Positions 61,621 to 64,000 of a DNA stretch of 64,000 nt are shown one piece after another. The position numbers and the translations under genes were made by a program. The stretch's first letter is position 1, and every line of letters begins with the position of its first letter. A model generated the notes under the pieces. That model was not told the DNA's origin, made no database searches, and saw nothing but the letters and a program-made list of their open reading frames with translations. This stretch comes from Octopus sinensis. Taxonomy: Eukaryota. The stretch is from contig NC_042998.1 in assembly GCF_006345805.1 (NCBI RefSeq), positions 930,001 to 994,000 on the forward strand, written 5' to 3'.

Positions 61621-62275
61621 ATACACACATGTAAAAGACCCCACCTTCGGTCATGAATGACCATAGGGTTGCCCATAAAATGTTACCCTTCGAGGCACAA
61701 GTCCGATTAAGGTTGTTTATGGAAGACCAGCAATCACCCAGCCTCCGCTCTCCGGGCCACCGATGCTACCCAAGGGAAAGACAAAGCTGCCAATACAGTT
61801 CGTCAGTTGTGACGTCACAACTCATTTCTAGAGCTGAGTAAACTGGAGTAATGTGAAATTAAATGTCTTGCTCAAGAACATAACACACCGTCCTGCTCGG
61901 GATTCGATCTTACTACCTCATGATTGTGAGCCCTATGTTCTAAACACTGTGACATGCGCCTTCACACCCACACCCACGCGCACACACAGAAATGTATGTA
62001 TGTATGTATGTATGTATGTTAATATGTATGTATATATGAGTGTGTGTGTGTGTGTGTGTGTATCTGTGTCTGTGTTTGTCCCTCCACTGCCACCGCTTGA
62101 CAACCGCTTTTGGTGTGTTTACATCCCTGTAACTTAGCGGTTCAGGAAAGTGGCCGATATAATAAGTACCTGCATTTAAACGAATATGTACTTTAAAAGC
62201 ATACATTCCACTAAAGTTCTTCAAGGCGTTGCTCCAGCATGGCTGCAGTCTCGAGACTGAAACATGTGAAAAATA
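61441..62275 (+). mobile_element. S2 bipartite SINE with a nested SINE in its microsatellite core
   Basis: 5' half 61441-61585, core, insert 61633-61965, core, 3' half 62050-62275. Confidence 0.8.
61633..61965 (-). mobile_element. SINE head H2 + third tail T3
   Basis: Minus-strand head with ATGTTCTTGAGCAAGACAT and CAGCTCTAGAAATGAGT, then a tail unrelated to T1 or T2. Confidence 0.75.
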
Positions 62276-62880
62276 AATGATAGAATTTATTGGATGGTTA
62301 CGGAAGGGTTACTAAGGTTAAAAATTTAATTATTTTAAAGCAGATTGCAATAATAGTGAGAAGTGAGACGGGGAAGAAACAGAGCCACTTGTGTGTTATT
62401 AATTGAAGTATATTGGTAAGTGAATATTTGCCAGTCACTGTGATGCCTTTTCTTAGGATGCGGTTGAGGATGGGTATTTGTGTGTGTGTGTGTGTGTGAG
62501 TAGTAATCGTATGTATGTAACATGTATGTATGTGAGCAGCATAGTCTTGTTTCAGCTTTCTAAATTACCAGAAACCTGTTATTTATTTAACTATGAAGTA
62601 TTTTCTGGTTTTGATGAGTGAAGGAGGTTTGTTTTTAGCATTGTTACATAAACAAATCTCAATGATATATCACCAATGGTTATAGTAAGTTTCTTGGTCT
62701 TCACGTTTTAACAATATATTGTGAGTAAACACGGTTTAATGCCACACCTTCCTTCATGGGATTATCAATAAACAGAAAGGAAACAGTTTAATTCAGAAAA
62801 GTTAGCTTGCCGTTATTCAAGACTGTTTTAGAGATTATCACCAGTTTCGTTGCACGAAGTATATCTTTTCTTTTCCTTTC

Positions 62881-63169
62881 GCCCTTTTCAAGCCTAGCCA
62901 GGCTCACGGGCCCGGTTTCCCGGTTTCTGTGTTCTCTCCAGCTGGACGGGACGCCAGTCCATTGCAGCGTTACTCAAGAAACAGGAAGACCGAATGAAAG
63001 AAAGTTTTGGAGAAAGAGTACAACAAGGGTCGCCCACCCCCCCTGGAGACTCGTGGAGCTTTTAAGGTGTTTTCGCTCAATAAACACACACAACGCCCAG
63101 TCTGGGAATCAAAACCGCGATCCTCCGACCGCGAGTCTGCTGCCCTAACCACTGGGCCATTGCGCCTCC
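62881..63169 (-). mobile_element. SINE head H1 + tail T2
   Basis: Head as in 16304; tail as in 53803-54037. Confidence 0.88.
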
Positions 63170-63345
63170 AAATGCGCCCTTTTAAAGCCTAGCCAGGCTC
63201 ATGGGCCCGGTTTCCCGGTTTCTATTGCGTATGTGTTCCCCAGCTGGACGGGACGCCAGTCCATCGCAGCGTTACTCACTTTTGCCAGCTGAGTGGACTG
63301 GAGCAACGTGAAGTGAAGTGTTTTGCTCAAGAACACAACGCGTCA
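63170..63345 (-). mobile_element. 5'-truncated SINE H2 + T2
   Basis: Reverse complement of 53866-54037. Confidence 0.85.
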
Positions 63346-63511
63346 AGAACACAACATACGCATCGCTTTTTTCACACGGATGGCACTTTTGAATTATTTG
63401 TTTGGATAATTTTATTTTCTTATGCCAACAAATATAAACATTAATTTATCTTGAGCAATTACTAATTCATCTTGACATTTACTTAGCGATTAATTTATTT
63501 TGCCTTCTGGA

Positions 63512-63638
63512 GCTGTGGTTCCCAACCTGTGGTCGCAAATGAAGTGCTGGTGGTCCGTCAGGATGTAGTGCTGGGGCCCGTGGGAAAACTCAGTTAAATA
63601 AAAGGAGTCCTTGGTAGTGAAAAAGTTGGGGACCACTG
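63512..63638. mobile_element. hAT/Charlie-type MITE
   Basis: CTGTGGTTCCCAAC...GTTGGGGACCACTG ends. Confidence 0.65.
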
Positions 63639-64000
63639 TTTCTAGACGAAGGTCAGGCTTTACTGATGAAGACAGAATAAAATTAAAACAGCTCCGATGT
63701 TTTATTAATAACCCCTTCAGTAAATGTATTTGTTACTAACTTAGCTAATTCCACAATATCTTTGGGAAATAAATAAACGTCACAATATCTCTGTTACACA
63801 AGAAAAAAACAAACAAACAAATGTCAGTGTTTTGTACCTGTAGAAAATCGATCAATATTTTTCCTATATAAGAGCCAATGTGAATAGAAGAGCTTTTGAT
63901 TTACCTGAACAACCAAAAGTTCAGGTTTATTTTGAATGTCTGCTGCCTCCTCATCATTTTCCCTATTTTCAGTTGAGGAATCTCTCTCACTTCTCTTTCT

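Noticed and set aside
60943-61644. 233-aa minus-strand ORF
   Set aside because: It runs through an S2 SINE and two microsatellites; the middle part has no recognisable domain.
63663-63712. CTGATGAAGAC motif
   Set aside because: No GAAA core or closing helices; at best a dead remnant.

Overview
AT-rich eukaryotic DNA packed with microsatellites. It is most likely a coleoid cephalopod (Octopus-like), inferred from the SINE families and repeat density. I could not support any intact host gene; the window looks intergenic or intronic, and most ORFs in the track are microsatellite or antisense artefacts. Main contents: (i) two loci where two R4/Dong-like RLE retrotransposon subfamilies sit in tandem inside (TAA)n microsatellites (193-3675 minus; 28864-30483 plus); (ii) a near full-length CR1-type LINE (~45125-50350) with a 17-unit tandem array upstream of ORF1, an unusual Myb/SANT-trihelix plus CCCH ORF1, a frameshifted APE-RT ORF2 and an (AATC)n tail; (iii) a 1.2-kb near-perfect palindrome (43283-44506) whose arms each carry a canonical type I hammerhead ribozyme of the Penelope-like-element kind; (iv) a Helentron-type non-autonomous element enclosing a LINE ORF1 fragment; (v) Helitron, Tc1, maT (DD37D) and MITE remnants; (vi) more than 30 tRNA-derived SINE copies with mix-and-match heads and tails, one family sharing its 3' tail with the CR1 LINE; (vii) three local tandem duplications, two of which may be assembly artefacts.
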